Source of the DNA: Bigelowiella natans CCMP2755
Lineage: Eukaryota; Protista; Cercozoa
Direction of reading: 5' to 3'
Assembly: GCA_000320545.1 (NCBI GenBank)
Contig: ADNK01000783.1
Coordinates: 1 to 64,000, forward strand
DNA: 64,000 nt
Of this stretch, positions 52,124 through 64,000 are shown piece by piece (positions within the stretch are counted from its first letter, which is position 1; each line of letters starts with the position of its first letter). The translations under genes and the position numbers were made by a program. The notes under the pieces were generated by a model, which ran no database searches, was not told the origin of the DNA, and saw only the letters and a program-made list of their open reading frames with translations.

Positions 52124-52636
52124 ATGTTCAGTTTCGATGGGTTTTGAGGATACCGCTGCCAGTGGGGGTTCGGCTCGATTCGGACATTAGATCCCTTACT
52201 CAGACAAAAGTTATTCCGCGAATTTTTAAGGTAAGTGACACAACTGTACGATTCTGCCCTATGCAAACTGTGAACATTGTCGTACAAATAAATTATCGGT
52301 ATTTTTTACTTTAAATCTCGTACATGTGTGGGACATTAACGCCAGAACGTCCACGGCAGCTTTCGTTGGTACTGCAGGAAGGTTATGTTTTGGTGAGAGA
52401 CATAAGAAAATCGTTGTCGTAGATCCATTTTTATCATTAATTCTCATTTTTTTCATTCTTCCAACCCTTCGCACTTAGATCTAGTTCGTTTGGAAGGGTT
52501 GACTTCTCTCCCTTCTCTACATCCGTTGTTGGAATTTGTGGCCTGCATTACACGTAGGTGTGGAGGAACTTGACCTTACTAGCCTTCTTATATCGTCACT
52601 TTTAGACGTAATACACACATATTAGGTTTCAAACAA

Positions 52637-53027
52637 ATGGAGGACAGTCGAAGACATGGTACATCCCCAGTCGCGTGGCTGGTCCTCATCGCTCTAGTGT
52701 GCGCATGTGCTACCTTTCTAGCTCGACCCAGTCCCGGATCGGCTCTAACCCTCGGATCGCCTCAAATCGCAAGCGGGTAAGGATGCTTCTTTACATTTGA
52801 CAACAAGCATACAAGAGGCTTGGAAAGCAATGAGATCCCACCACCATTTTGCATCATCGTCGTTTTTCAGAATTATTGGACGACAAACAGGATACGCTTC
52901 ACCCTCGGGCCTGAGAATGTTTTCCGGCCTTCGTAACATTCGGCCCCTCTTGCAACCATTGGACGGGGCCAGTGGCAACGGCGACAGAGAGGGGCGCACT
53001 GCAGGAAAAGCAGATCAGAGCTACTAG
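52637..53027 (+). CDS. Short protein made almost entirely of signal peptide plus transit-peptide-like sequence
   Basis: MEDSRRHGTSPVAWLVLIALVCACATFLARPSPGSALTLGSPQIAS; GTAAGG donor at 52777; in-phase acceptor at 52869 gives IIGRQTGYASPSGLRMFSGLRNIRPLL...DQSY*. Confidence 0.45.
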
Positions 53028-53601
53028 ATGCGTTGACATGACAGATCACATGCATGTGCGATATAGCGATACACAATTAACACGTCTAGCTGTGCGCGCA
53101 GAGTTCACATCCGGCGCTAGAATCGATGATTAGATGATGCTGAGCGCCACAATCTAGCAATCAGCAATGTGCCAGATGCATGCGTCTACCAGTCTAGTGC
53201 GTGCACACAACACGCTGCGCCACCACATTCCAGCGTTGTGCTTGCTGGCATCACATATACACACCTCTACACCTGCACGCAAGCACCTCATGCATTATGT
53301 GCGTCAACAACACAGATGCATCTGGATCTAGCAGCTCTAGAGCTAGGTGTCCAAATTCTTGCGGTTCACACGAATTTTCAGTCAATGTCATCATTTCTTA
53401 CACTTTTACATCTATGACAGATGCGATGAGAAGTGCATGATTTTTCATCTCCCGCCCCTTTCCTTCACTTTTTCTTTCGTTTCATTTTCGTCCCGCAACT
53501 GATTTGGGCAATTTTCTGTTTCCAAGCCGGAAACATGATGATTCTGTAATGGCCTTCCTGGACGATATCTCTGTAAGCAAGCATCAGAAGGTCACCATCA
53601 A

Positions 53602-54729
53602 TCAATCAATACCGACAAACCCTGCTGCTCCTGCTGCTGCTACTACGGCGTTTGCTATTGCGATGACTACGACAAGACGATGGCTGCTACTACTATTACT
53701 ACTAATACTCGTACTCCTACGACGACGACGATTAAACCACGACGGAACTGCACACAATGAATCATTGATCATCATTATCATCTTCATCATCCTCCTCATC
53801 ATCCTCATCATCGCCATCATCATCACCATCATCATCATTACTGACCGAAAATTGTGGACCATCCATGCTAGATAGTTATTGAGATTTATGACTGCGGGCA
53901 GATATTGCTTGAGGTTGCTCCAATAATGGGAATGACGAATATTAAATAATTCGATAGTCCCGTACTTGGTGTCGAGGGCGTAGAAAACATTTAACCTCGG
54001 GCCGATACCATCAGGCCCAGGCTTGGGTATCCTTTGATTGCCGCCGCTGTGCTTCGCATAGGATGATGATGATGATGCTGATGACGGGAATGTGGAGGCT
54101 ACATTAGTCGAAGTTGTCCCCCTAGATTTCACTACAGTAGGGGGAAGGAGCAACATCTTACGAAGCATGTTTTCACCCAAATAAAGGCGGTCTTCCCTGG
54201 AATAATTCCGCCATGGTACATCAATCGTGCAATCCGTATTTGGGATGAGGTCGTAGTGCTCGACCAACTGTCTAACCCATTTACAAAACGGTTCTAGCGA
54301 CTGAAACTGCGACGTGAGGGGACCCTCTTTTTTGTACAGTAACGAAGGGCTGGATACATTGGAGGAAGACGAATAGGAGGACGACGAAGAAGAAGAGTTT
54401 GAACAACTATTTTGCTGTTTTACTTTGTTTGTAGGATCTGACCGCTTCCGCTTCCATTCGACCATCTTCCTCTTTCGTGCTGTTGTAGTCGCTGCAATGC
54501 AGTTCACCCTTTTCGCTCTCTTTCCACCCTCCTTTTTAATTTTTCCATCTGAAACCATCACATCTGTTTGTATGGTGTCCGTTCTCTTCTGAATCTCCTC
54601 TTCATCGTGATCCTAATTATCGCATTCCAGCATAAACAAAACCAATCCCATCACCAATGTAAATGCTGTCTCCGCACTCAAGTCGAAGAATTTCATAATT
54701 GGGCTCTTGCGAGTCCAATGCACAACATC

Positions 54730-54787
<58 letters not shown>

Positions 54788-55629
54788 TACAAACTCAAAC
54801 ACAACACATATTCGAAACACCACAGATAAATTTACAAACATGAATGATGATAAGTTCGTACAGTATCGGAGGGGGAGATAGGTGATATTGTCGAAAGAGG
54901 AGAGCTGCTGCATGATTGCGGCGCTTGGGATGTAGAGCTGGATGCGATTCCCGCCCCCCCAACGGCAGAAACGCATTCTTTTCTGCTTTCTGCATACTTC
55001 TTCTTGGGTATTGTTTCGTTGGCACAAAGTAATACATATGTTTTGTTCTTTCTGGTGGAGCTCGACGCGGACTTAGCAGAGACTCCAGACTTCTTGTTCT
55101 TGTTCCTAGATTTTCCCGCCTTGTTATACTTCTGCTCATTTCCCTTTAAAGCCTTTATCTTCCATGTCTGCTTACGCTTTCTTGCATTTTGTATCGATTT
55201 CGGGGTGAAATCACAATCGCTACTCACATCTAGAGCTGGGCTGGCCCGATCTGGGTTCTGGGGGGGGGGGATAGGAATCAAACAGGGTATCAGGCACTAG
55301 GGAAATCATGATCATCGTATTGTTATATCATCGCATGTGATCACGACTACAACAATATGTGGTTATTACATTTCGAGCACATGCTATCCTGTTGGAACAA
55401 TATTTCTAAACGCAATGGAGAATCCAGCTACTAATTCGGCTTCGAATGACCCATCACATCGCTCGAGTCAGAGTTAAGATCAAACCTCATTTTCCTTCGG
55501 GACAGTTGTTGCTTCTTCGTTGGTAAGATCTATAGACAATACCTCCTTCTTTACCCGTTTCAATTTCTTCGGATTGGGTGTTTTGAATCTCTGGGTGAGA
55601 TCGATGGGGTTGGACTTCCATCCCGCCAT
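53602..55629 (-). CDS. Uncharacterised nuclear-type protein (SIM-like IDLT motifs, basic tracts, C-terminal globular domain)
   Basis: Exon 1 MAGWKSNPIDLT..VLSIDLTNEE; exon 54832-55281 frame; in-phase join SDT|DHDEEEIQ to ORF 53602-54561. The C-terminal poly-Met stretch may be an intron (GTCAGT donor). Confidence 0.55.
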
Positions 55630-55799
55630 TAGGATCTGGCTCACGGATCGTAAACACATGTCATTTTTATACTACGACATCCACATTGCTATGGCGTATG
55701 TACTGGTAAAAGATATCTTTGATTCATGTCGCAGTAGATAAATCCATGACATTTTACAAATTTGATTGTTTTCCCCTCCGAACTTTCCAATTTCCGAAA

Positions 55800-56410
55800 A
55801 TGCTTTTGTCTCGTGGAGGAGGGGGGTTGTTGTCTGCACCGCTGGCCTCGACTGCTGCTGCAGCCGGGATACGTATTTGGAGCCACAGGCAACTAAGCAC
55901 CAGAACAGCAAATTCGCATCAGTGCGATGTCTGCGTTGTAGGAGGTAGGAAGGGGCATTACAAAGAGCGTCATTTTGGGATGCACATGGCGAAGGATTGA
56001 TGTTTTTTTTTGCTTTACAATTTTGTGTGTCGATTTTATGATCACCCACAACATGAAAGGGGGACTCGTAGGTGCATTCACTGCACTCTCATTGGCTAAA
56101 AAAGGAAACACAAAGGTTTCTTCATGTCGGAACTGCAGCAATTGGGAGGGTTTCCAACTATGTATTACACATGCAGATTGCTGTGGTAGAGAGATTTGAA
56201 GAACCATGCCACGAAAACGGAAGCTCTCATGGAGATGGACGAATATTTAGATTTGCGTATCCTCAGGCAGAGTACGTAGGTGATAAGATACGGATCGTAG
56301 ATCGAACGCAAATATATCATTATTCGCCTAAATCATTAGAGCTTGCACAGAAGGCGAAGCCTGGCTGGATGGAACTCCAAGATTTTTGTAAAGACCAGCA
56401 TTACATTCAT

Positions 56411-56456
<46 letters not shown>

Positions 56457-57508
56457 TTCTCTTCGCTTATGGTGTTGTGTAAGCATATCCATATCTGCCA
56501 GATGGGGAAGACCTGCTTCTTGGCAAAGGAGGTCTCGATATCGGTGATAATATTATGCCCTTTCTATGTTGCTTTTATGATGCCGAACGATGTGATCCTG
56601 ACTACCTTCTCCTATCCTTGGCTTATTGGAATAATAGGCTATGAATATGGCACAAGGATACAAGTACGTAATGATCAAAAGATTCTCTTGCACATCGCCG
56701 CGCATCATCGTTTGATGGATTTTTATTTGTTATTCGCCAAGAGTGTGATATCTACGCTTAAGGATTTAAACGTGCCTTTCGAGGTGCTAGGTGATAGCCT
56801 TTTTTCCAACACATATATTTTCTCTGCTGTATAGAAGTAAGATATGATCTATCTGGGTTCCCTCAGGTCCGAGCCAGATGGAAGCTAGGTTTCCCCAATT
56901 TTCGTTAAGAAAAAATGTAAGTATAATATCACAGTTATGAATCTGCTTAATTGTTTCACACTACGAATAAAAACGCATGCTTTTAGCTTTCACATCGTTG
57001 TTATTTTCCGTGCAGGAAATTGCAGTTTACCAGGAGGATGCAGCAGCGGCGCGAGCAACACCGACGATTAATGCGGTGTGGCAGTATCTGAAGGTGGTGA
57101 AGAATATGAGGGAAGAGTTAGAAGAAGTGTAGGAAATGCTTATAACTATGCGCGCGTAGGCACACACATAAACACATGTGTGTACGCTGCCTCGTAAAAC
57201 TTGCGATTGTTTTGTGATTGTGCAGCATTTGAAAACACACACAAACGCCGCCCACATAGATGTTAAACAAGAAGAAGGGCGACGATATCGTCAAGATATT
57301 TCAAGGGCAGAACCTGGTTGAAGTGTTGGGAATCGGCAACGTGAAGGGAGGCGATCTTTCGCTAGAACTTAATGGGCGCGATGATGCGACAACGACTACG
57401 ACGACGACGACGACTATAAAAGCGAAGAGTATCGTTCTAGCGATGGGCTCGTGGATCATGCCGTTTTTGTCTAAGGTAGGGCAGGTTGTAGGAAGTAGCG
57501 TACTGTAC

Positions 57509-57545
<37 letters not shown>

Positions 57546-58182
57546 GACAATGATATTTGTAAACTCCGCGTGTGTGCGTCTTAAAGTACAAGGATTATTC
57601 ACCCTTTTCGCTCACTCTCATATCATTACTTTTCCTCTTCCTCCTCCTCTTCTTCATCATCATCATCACCAGCTGGGGCTAGAAGTTCCTCTCATAGGAA
57701 CAGAAGAACGAGTGTGCTACTTCAAACCTAAGTCCCAGGCCATCGACCACACATATCGCTCCATGCCCGTCTTCATTCCCCACTTTGACCATAACGTATA
57801 GCAGCAGCAGCAGTAGTAGTAGTAGTAGAAGTTACACTAATAACAAGAGCTGCATGATAAGGATGATGTTGAGTTGATAGTAAGATTTTATTCTTAAACA
57901 AGAATAATGTGATATCTTAATGCTGGTGTGCAAATATCTCTTCATGTGACTCTAACTTATTCCCCCTCCCCCCCCCCTCTCCCCCTCTCTCTAATAAACG
58001 TGTCTGTTGTTTACATTTGTTTCAGATTGTAACCGAGCTGATGGAAGCAGGAATCAAGCATGAGACAGCCAACGATTGGGGATTCTACGGTCTGCCCGAG
58101 GTTACTGCGTGTTGGTCTTTCCTCTCTCTGTGTGTGTGTGGGGGAGGGGGGTTCAAGTCTTGTATTTATGTATATGTGATTG

Positions 58183-58266
<84 letters not shown>

Positions 58267-59498
58267 CAAGCACACCATGAAATAGTCCCTATATTTTATC
58301 TGAAAGATCGAGGTTCCTGGGGTGAAATTATCAGCTCATCATACCGGTGTCTCTTTCACAGATCCAGGTGTATTGTAGAATTCGAAGTTAGTTGTAGTAG
58401 TAGTAGTGGTAGTGGTAGTGGTGGTGGTCGTGGTAGTGTATATACTTGTTGTTGTTGAAGAATATGAAGAAGAAGAAGAAGAAGAAGAAGAAAAGATTGT
58501 CTGCTTGCTATGCTACCTGTAGCACCCGACTCAGAGCATATCTCTCATCATCGTCGTCCTTGTTGTGCTATCGGTGCGTGTGTTGGTTATGATCAGAGCT
58601 ACGTCCATCACGTGTAGACCCAGAATTGTCTGACCGCCGCAAGGACGAGATAGTTGCCGCATGCGCACATCTTATATCGCACTTGTTCCCCCATCTCAAC
58701 CTCGAGCCACACAAGACGCAGACATGCTTGTGAGGAATACTTTCGAACGAAAGAATGCACACCACCACTTTCCCGCTGCTCGAGACACAATTATTGTTGC
58801 AGTTTTGCATGTCGCGGTCAGTGTGGAAGCATGTGAGCGATTTCATGATTTACGTATCTCGCACAAAGGTATACATCGTCTGAAGACCATGACTTTGTTA
58901 TTGACACGCATCCTCTGGATTCTCGAGTCGTTCTAGCTGCAGGTTGTAATGGTAGACAATAGAAACAGGAGAGGCACCTCTCTTTTATATTTTCATTCAG
59001 ACGAAGTGAAGGATGAGAAGGACTTCTCGCAGCAATATCTTGTCTATTATTCTTACCTGCTATTCTTATACATATTGCATACGGTCTTGGTCATCCTCGT
59101 TTTTGTCGGTGGTTTCTTGTCGAATAATGGAACAGGCTTTTCCGGACACGGATTTAAGTTCGGCCCCTCTCTTGGGGATCTGATTGCAAATTTAGCCATT
59201 GAAAGTACAAGGTAATGTGTACATCTAAGTCTTTTCTCTCGCTCAACTTAAGTTGTGCGCTCTTTGGAATCACATGCAACATTGTCTTCTCGTGGTACTT
59301 CTCTATATTATTTATGCTGCACACTCTTTCCGTTTAAGCGATGTGTGTATGAAACCCCACAGCAAAGTTCATGATCTAATATTGTTGCGTTGTGCGGTCT
59401 AATTGTAACATTTACACAGCACGGCCTTGAATCCAGCTCACGCAAGATTTTCCCTGAAACGGTTCCCAAATTTTGGCCTTGCTACACCACCTGGATAA
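55800..59498 (+). CDS. Monomeric sarcosine oxidase/L-pipecolate oxidase family flavoprotein
   Basis: DVCVVGG|GLVGAFTALSLAKKG (Rossmann fold), GSSHGDGRIFRFAY, GEDLLLGKGGLDIG, WGFYGLPE, TCL|YTSSEDHDFVID (flavin-attachment Cys), G|FSGHGFKFGP, FSLKRF; presequence-like N-terminus. Confidence 0.92.
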
Positions 59499-60258
59499 TC
59501 ATCAACATCACCTTCGTGAGAAGTTAGCACAGCTATAACTAGATAAGACTATGATACGTACTTACAACGGTTGCTTTGCATGGCTACATTGGGATGACGG
59601 TTGAAAAAATCATTCATTCATTACATCCGTCTCATATGTAAATACATGTAACTGTAGCAGCACAAACTTCAGAAACAATGCCACGATGCTGCCGCATTTC
59701 CAGATTTACTAGTTTAGTCTATTTGGCGAAGGCATGCATGATGTTTTTAGGGCTGCTCGCAGAGTAAGCAGTCATTATAGGCCCACGTGCGCTACGATGC
59801 GCTACTAGCTACATATGTGTCGTTTGTGTGTCTGTACACATGTAGATGTATTTACTCCATGTATAAATTGAGCCGTGTTCATCTTCCAATTTATGTACAG
59901 AAACAAATGTCATAGATTACCAGATGATTACCATCTGAATATATTATCATTATGTGTCTTATGACAGCAGCTTGGAATGTATACGATCTTACGTTTTACG
60001 GCGTGTAATGGCATCATCAGAGCATCGTTTTCGAACTAAGGCCAACCAGATGCTCCTACCGATTATTCTGATTATTCTGTAATATATTTCTTTAACGGGA
60101 ATTGCACCAGAGAGAGTACTACTAGCGGGTTCTCTTTTGTTTGAGTTAATTATTTGACAGTTCCTCTAAGTTAAGGTTGGGCGTGTGTGGCATGTGTCTG
60201 TCATGTCTTTCCGCCCTCTATGAACAGCAAAACGCTTACGCGATAATTGGTGCAATTT

Positions 60259-61961
60259 TTAAGCCAGATCGGACATTTTGGATAATCGATTAAGAAACTG
60301 TTGAACTTCATCTACTGATGATAGCACGAATTTCGCCGAGGTTGGTTGTGAGAGATTTCCACCTTTACTTAAAACTCTAATACCAAATCCTCTTTTGGAT
60401 TCGGTAAGCTCCCGAAAAGCATCTTCGTCTGTAGTGTCATCCCCAATATAGAGAGCGAACAGCTCAGGTTTCATTTTTTTACCATTAGAAGTCTGAGACA
60501 TGGCTGCAGGGAGCTCATCAACGGGATGGGAGAGCTCGCAACTAGGCCTCTTCTCGCCTGCTTTCTTAGGAGGCACAGACGAACCTTTTCTGCTATTGCA
60601 CCTGCCTCGAGGACGTTTGGAGTCCGAAGCAGATGCTATTGCCCCTTCCTGTTCTTCATCAACAGCTGCCTCTGAGCTTTGTGATGGCTCATTCTGCGAT
60701 GCTTTGGTAGATTTACTGTCACCTTCTGCTGCAGCCATTCCCTTCGCTATGGAATTCCTAGTTGATTGTGACACGACTGGGCCAAGCTCTTTCAGTAGCT
60801 GTCTGACTGCCCTTCCTTTATGCCACTCTATGTTTGCACGTAACTCATAGACCATCTTCCCATGACCCATCTTAAGCTTTCCGTTGAACCGTTCAATTTC
60901 AACGTTGACTGCTTTTTCCATGGTTTTCCAGAATTCTTTATCGACTCTCCTATAATGCACCGAGACGGAATATACATTGTCTTCGACTAGACTTCCTGGA
61001 ATATTCTTAACCTTCTCACGAAGGGAATCTCTAGCCTTTGCAAGGAGAGGAAGGAACTCCGCTCCAACCTGTCGAATTATTTCCTGCCCACCTGGAGACC
61101 GGATGTCAAATCCATGGCTGCCGGCATAGTAAATCGAGTCAAGCTTAACAAATTGCGTGATAGTCTCGATGCTGCGACCAGTTATTATGGCAGTCGGGTA
61201 TTGCTTCGACAACGTTGCTACCAGGGAGCGTGTTTCCTGCGATATCTTGGCCTCCGACGGAACGTTGACGATCGGAGTTAAGGTCCCGTCATAATCAAGG
61301 AAGACTGCCAGTTTACGTCCAAGCAGGATCTGCTTGATCTCATTGAGATTTTCGAGGGCATTCTTTGGCTCTCTTCCATTGGAGTCACGTTCATTCCTTT
61401 TATCTCTATTCTGTTTCAAAGTTTTGTTGGAGGTGTCGTCCTTATTGTCATCATTCATGGGCTTGTTGCTGTTGCCGGTGTCATCCAGAGAACCAGAGCT
61501 TCTTGACAGGAGGTCGGAAACACTGCACACTAGCATTAGGATAAAACTAACGCTCGTAGACTTTAGCACTGACAGAGATCCTCTAGCACAATGTGCACGA
61601 GGCTGCCATGGGTCCGGGTGGTGAGAAGTGAGAAGCAAGCTGAATTTCAAGACTTAAGAGGCAAACGAAAAATTAGTGTACATAGCCTGCACTAGCTTAA
61701 ACTTATTGGATAAACAGTCTGCGACTTAATAAATAATGTTATTATCAAATAAAACTAATGTGTCTCCGAACCCGTGTATCCTGCTTTTTGTCTGATCAGG
61801 TTCAGACGCGACTCATTGTGTAAAGCTTTCAAATGAAGGCGAAAACCTATCTACGTCTTCCATAAATCCCAAAAACGAGGCTAACAATCCAGATGACGTA
61901 AACTGGAGATCAGCTTGTCTCTGTTCATAGATCGCTTTAGAATTCAAGGTCTTTTTTTTCC
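60259..61961 (-). CDS. Trehalose-6-phosphate phosphatase (HAD IIB)
   Basis: VFLDYDGTLTPIV, ITGRS, YAGSHG, WHKGRAV, YIGDDTTDEDAF. A probable upstream exon ~61851-61961 joins in phase (EDVDS|VSDLL); more 5' exons are possible up to ~62940. Confidence 0.9.
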
Positions 61962-63041
61962 TAGATAGCAAAATATTTCATGTCGTATTTTGAAATAACA
62001 GTAGTTTTATAACATTTTCTCTTGCTCATTCGAGAAAAAACGTGAGTCAAATCGAGTTGTTGGCTATTTAGCCGCGAGTTGTAGCAGAGATTATGGTAAT
62101 AATTTAAGATTGCTGATACTGGTTATTTTAACACATGAATTCATAAGACAATATTTTATAGATGAACGTCATAATCTTTGATGCATATATCTGCATTTAG
62201 CCACTATAATTTCGATTATTTGTTCCTTTTTCCGGATTTTAATTTGGTTGAACTCCGACGTCGGAGTTTTTTGAGTTCAAGTGGACTAAGATAAATAAAA
62301 AAGCAAAAATTTCAATCCATGGAATCAAAATTCCTGCGATATGTCATGAAATATAGATATTGATTGCCATACAATGACTTTGTGTCAAAAAAATGTGAAT
62401 TATGTTGCAATGCGACGATCTGGATAAACATGCGCGTTGGTATCTAAATACATTGCCATGAATAGATTTTTTTTCTCAACTAGTTTTTGCACTGCGACAA
62501 CATGAAATCAAAGAACATCGTGGTTTCAGATCTTTTAGCGAGACAAGTTTTCCATCTCGACTGTTTACCGGTAAAACGCGTCCCTATCAAGTCGCAGCTA
62601 AAAAATAACGAAATTTGTTAATTGCTAACGTTTGACTTTTCGGTGAAAAAATTATTCCTTTACGTGCTATTTCTTGTTTACTTTACCTCAGAAATCGTAA
62701 ATTACATCATTTATCACCTTGTCATAGAAACATAAATCAACACAAAAATCGCATTATCTGTGTAATCCTGTACGACACACTAGCTCCCAAAATAGAGCTC
62801 CAATTTATCTGATGAAGACATGTTAAGGTGAAATCGTGTGTTGAATGCAGGATAATTTATGGGAACTTTGATTAAAAATGTGTTGATTAAGTCTTACCAT
62901 AAAACCCTCTGGGAGAGGTGGTGTTATCTGGAACCGCCATTCCTTTCCTTCCGTCCATCGTTCACCTGTAATACCAACTGCAACACCTTAGGCTTTCCGC
63001 ATTAAAGCCTGGAATAGAGTTGTTGCGGCGTCTTTGACACC

Positions 63042-64000
63042 ATGGTGCGTTCCTAGATGAAACCCCCTAATAACGTGAAAACAAAATTATGTGGAGCACT
63101 TTCGATGTGGAAAAACAACAGAAACGATTGAGAGACCGTTGAGGAGGGGATGGAGGTTTATGGCCAGCAAAATTGAAACAAAGACACATGGGGGAAATGG
63201 GGATTCAATGTGGTTACAAACTTACTCGCATTCGGCAAGATTTCTGACTCGTGTATTCTAAAATTAGGGTGGAGCCTGCTCGAGTACTGATGATAATCTG
63301 GATGGGCCAAGACCACTGACTGTCCCCCCGCATAGGCTGGAGGCGCTTTACACTTTCAAGTTATTGTTGTTGGGGCCTGGAGAGTCGGGGAAATCCACCG
63401 TCCTCAAGCAGCTTAAGGGTATTTACAATGTACGTCCCACACCAGGAGAACTGGAAGAATGCAAAAAGGCACTACACCAGAACACCCTTGAGTGTATGAA
63501 AGTATTGTGTGATGCTGCCAATACATTTGAATATTCGATCGAAGATGCAGACGACAAGAGAACTGCTGAATGGCTCCAAGAGGAGGACGTTCAGTACAAT
63601 GATGCCCTAATCGATGCTGATCAGGCCAAAGCTATACAAAAACTTTTCAAAAGCGAAGCGATTCAAAATGCGTTCGCAAGAAGAGATGAATTCTGGCTTC
63701 TGGATGCATGCGAGTACTATGTTGATAACGTGACAAAATTTGCAGCCAAGGACTACACCCCCGATGAGAAAGACATGGTAATGTGTCGAATCCGTACCAC
63801 GGGGAAAAATTTAGAGACCAAGTTGAAAGTTAATTATGCGAAAAAAGGAGACAATGAACCCGAACAAATTACTTACGAAGTAGTGGATGTAGGGGGGCAA
63901 CGGAACGAACGAAAGAAGTGGATTAAGATGTTCAGTGACGTCAAAGCCATTATTTTTTTGGTGAATCTTGCCGGATACAATCAAGTCCTGTATGAAGATA
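63042..64000 (+). CDS. Heterotrimeric G-protein alpha subunit, open at the right edge
   Basis: KLLLLGPGESGKSTVLKQL (G1), RIRTTG (G2), DVGGQRNERKKW (G3). N-terminus M|GGACSS, with the ATG alone in exon 1 (63042-63044) and intron 63045-63267. Confidence 0.95.

Noticed and set aside
53602-54561. Initial impression of a heat-shock-factor DNA-binding domain
   Set aside because: No HSF signature (F..KL, FVRQLN.YGF) on inspection.

Overview
Intron-rich eukaryotic nuclear DNA (GT-AG introns mostly 50-250 bp, many intronic microsatellites, no operons, CRISPR arrays or RNA genes recognised). The lineage is not provable from sequence; intron density, Galpha, a secreted sulfotransferase and a signal-peptide plus transit-peptide-like leader suggest a protist such as a chlorarachniophyte (inference only). 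The left edge holds the 5' end of an LTR retrotransposon (LTR, PBS, Gag with zinc knuckle). About 19 spliced genes were assembled by eye: membrane JmjC dioxygenase, pectin-acetylesterase/Notum-like, a giant bromodomain-GNAT-repeat protein, SDH1, a small secreted Pro-rich protein, an SLC35A nucleotide-sugar transporter, a hinderin/KIAA1328-like protein, PEX5, a SAM protein, AMMECR1, AMPK-beta, sulfotransferase, PAM18, ankyrin, a leader-only ORF, a SIM-bearing unknown, a sarcosine/pipecolate oxidase, trehalose-6-P phosphatase and Galpha. Best leads: (1) an in-frame intron (15236-15430) appears to join a 3-bromodomain/GNAT acetyltransferase to nine copies of an unnamed W..G..YxLG domain in one >3000 aa protein; (2) 17 consecutive genes alternate strand strictly, and the tail-to-tail gaps carry a distinctive CATG/TGCA/CTAG/AGCT-rich tract with shared small repeats; (3) at least three GC-AG introns forced by conserved protein motifs. 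All exon models are manual and need RNA-seq confirmation.
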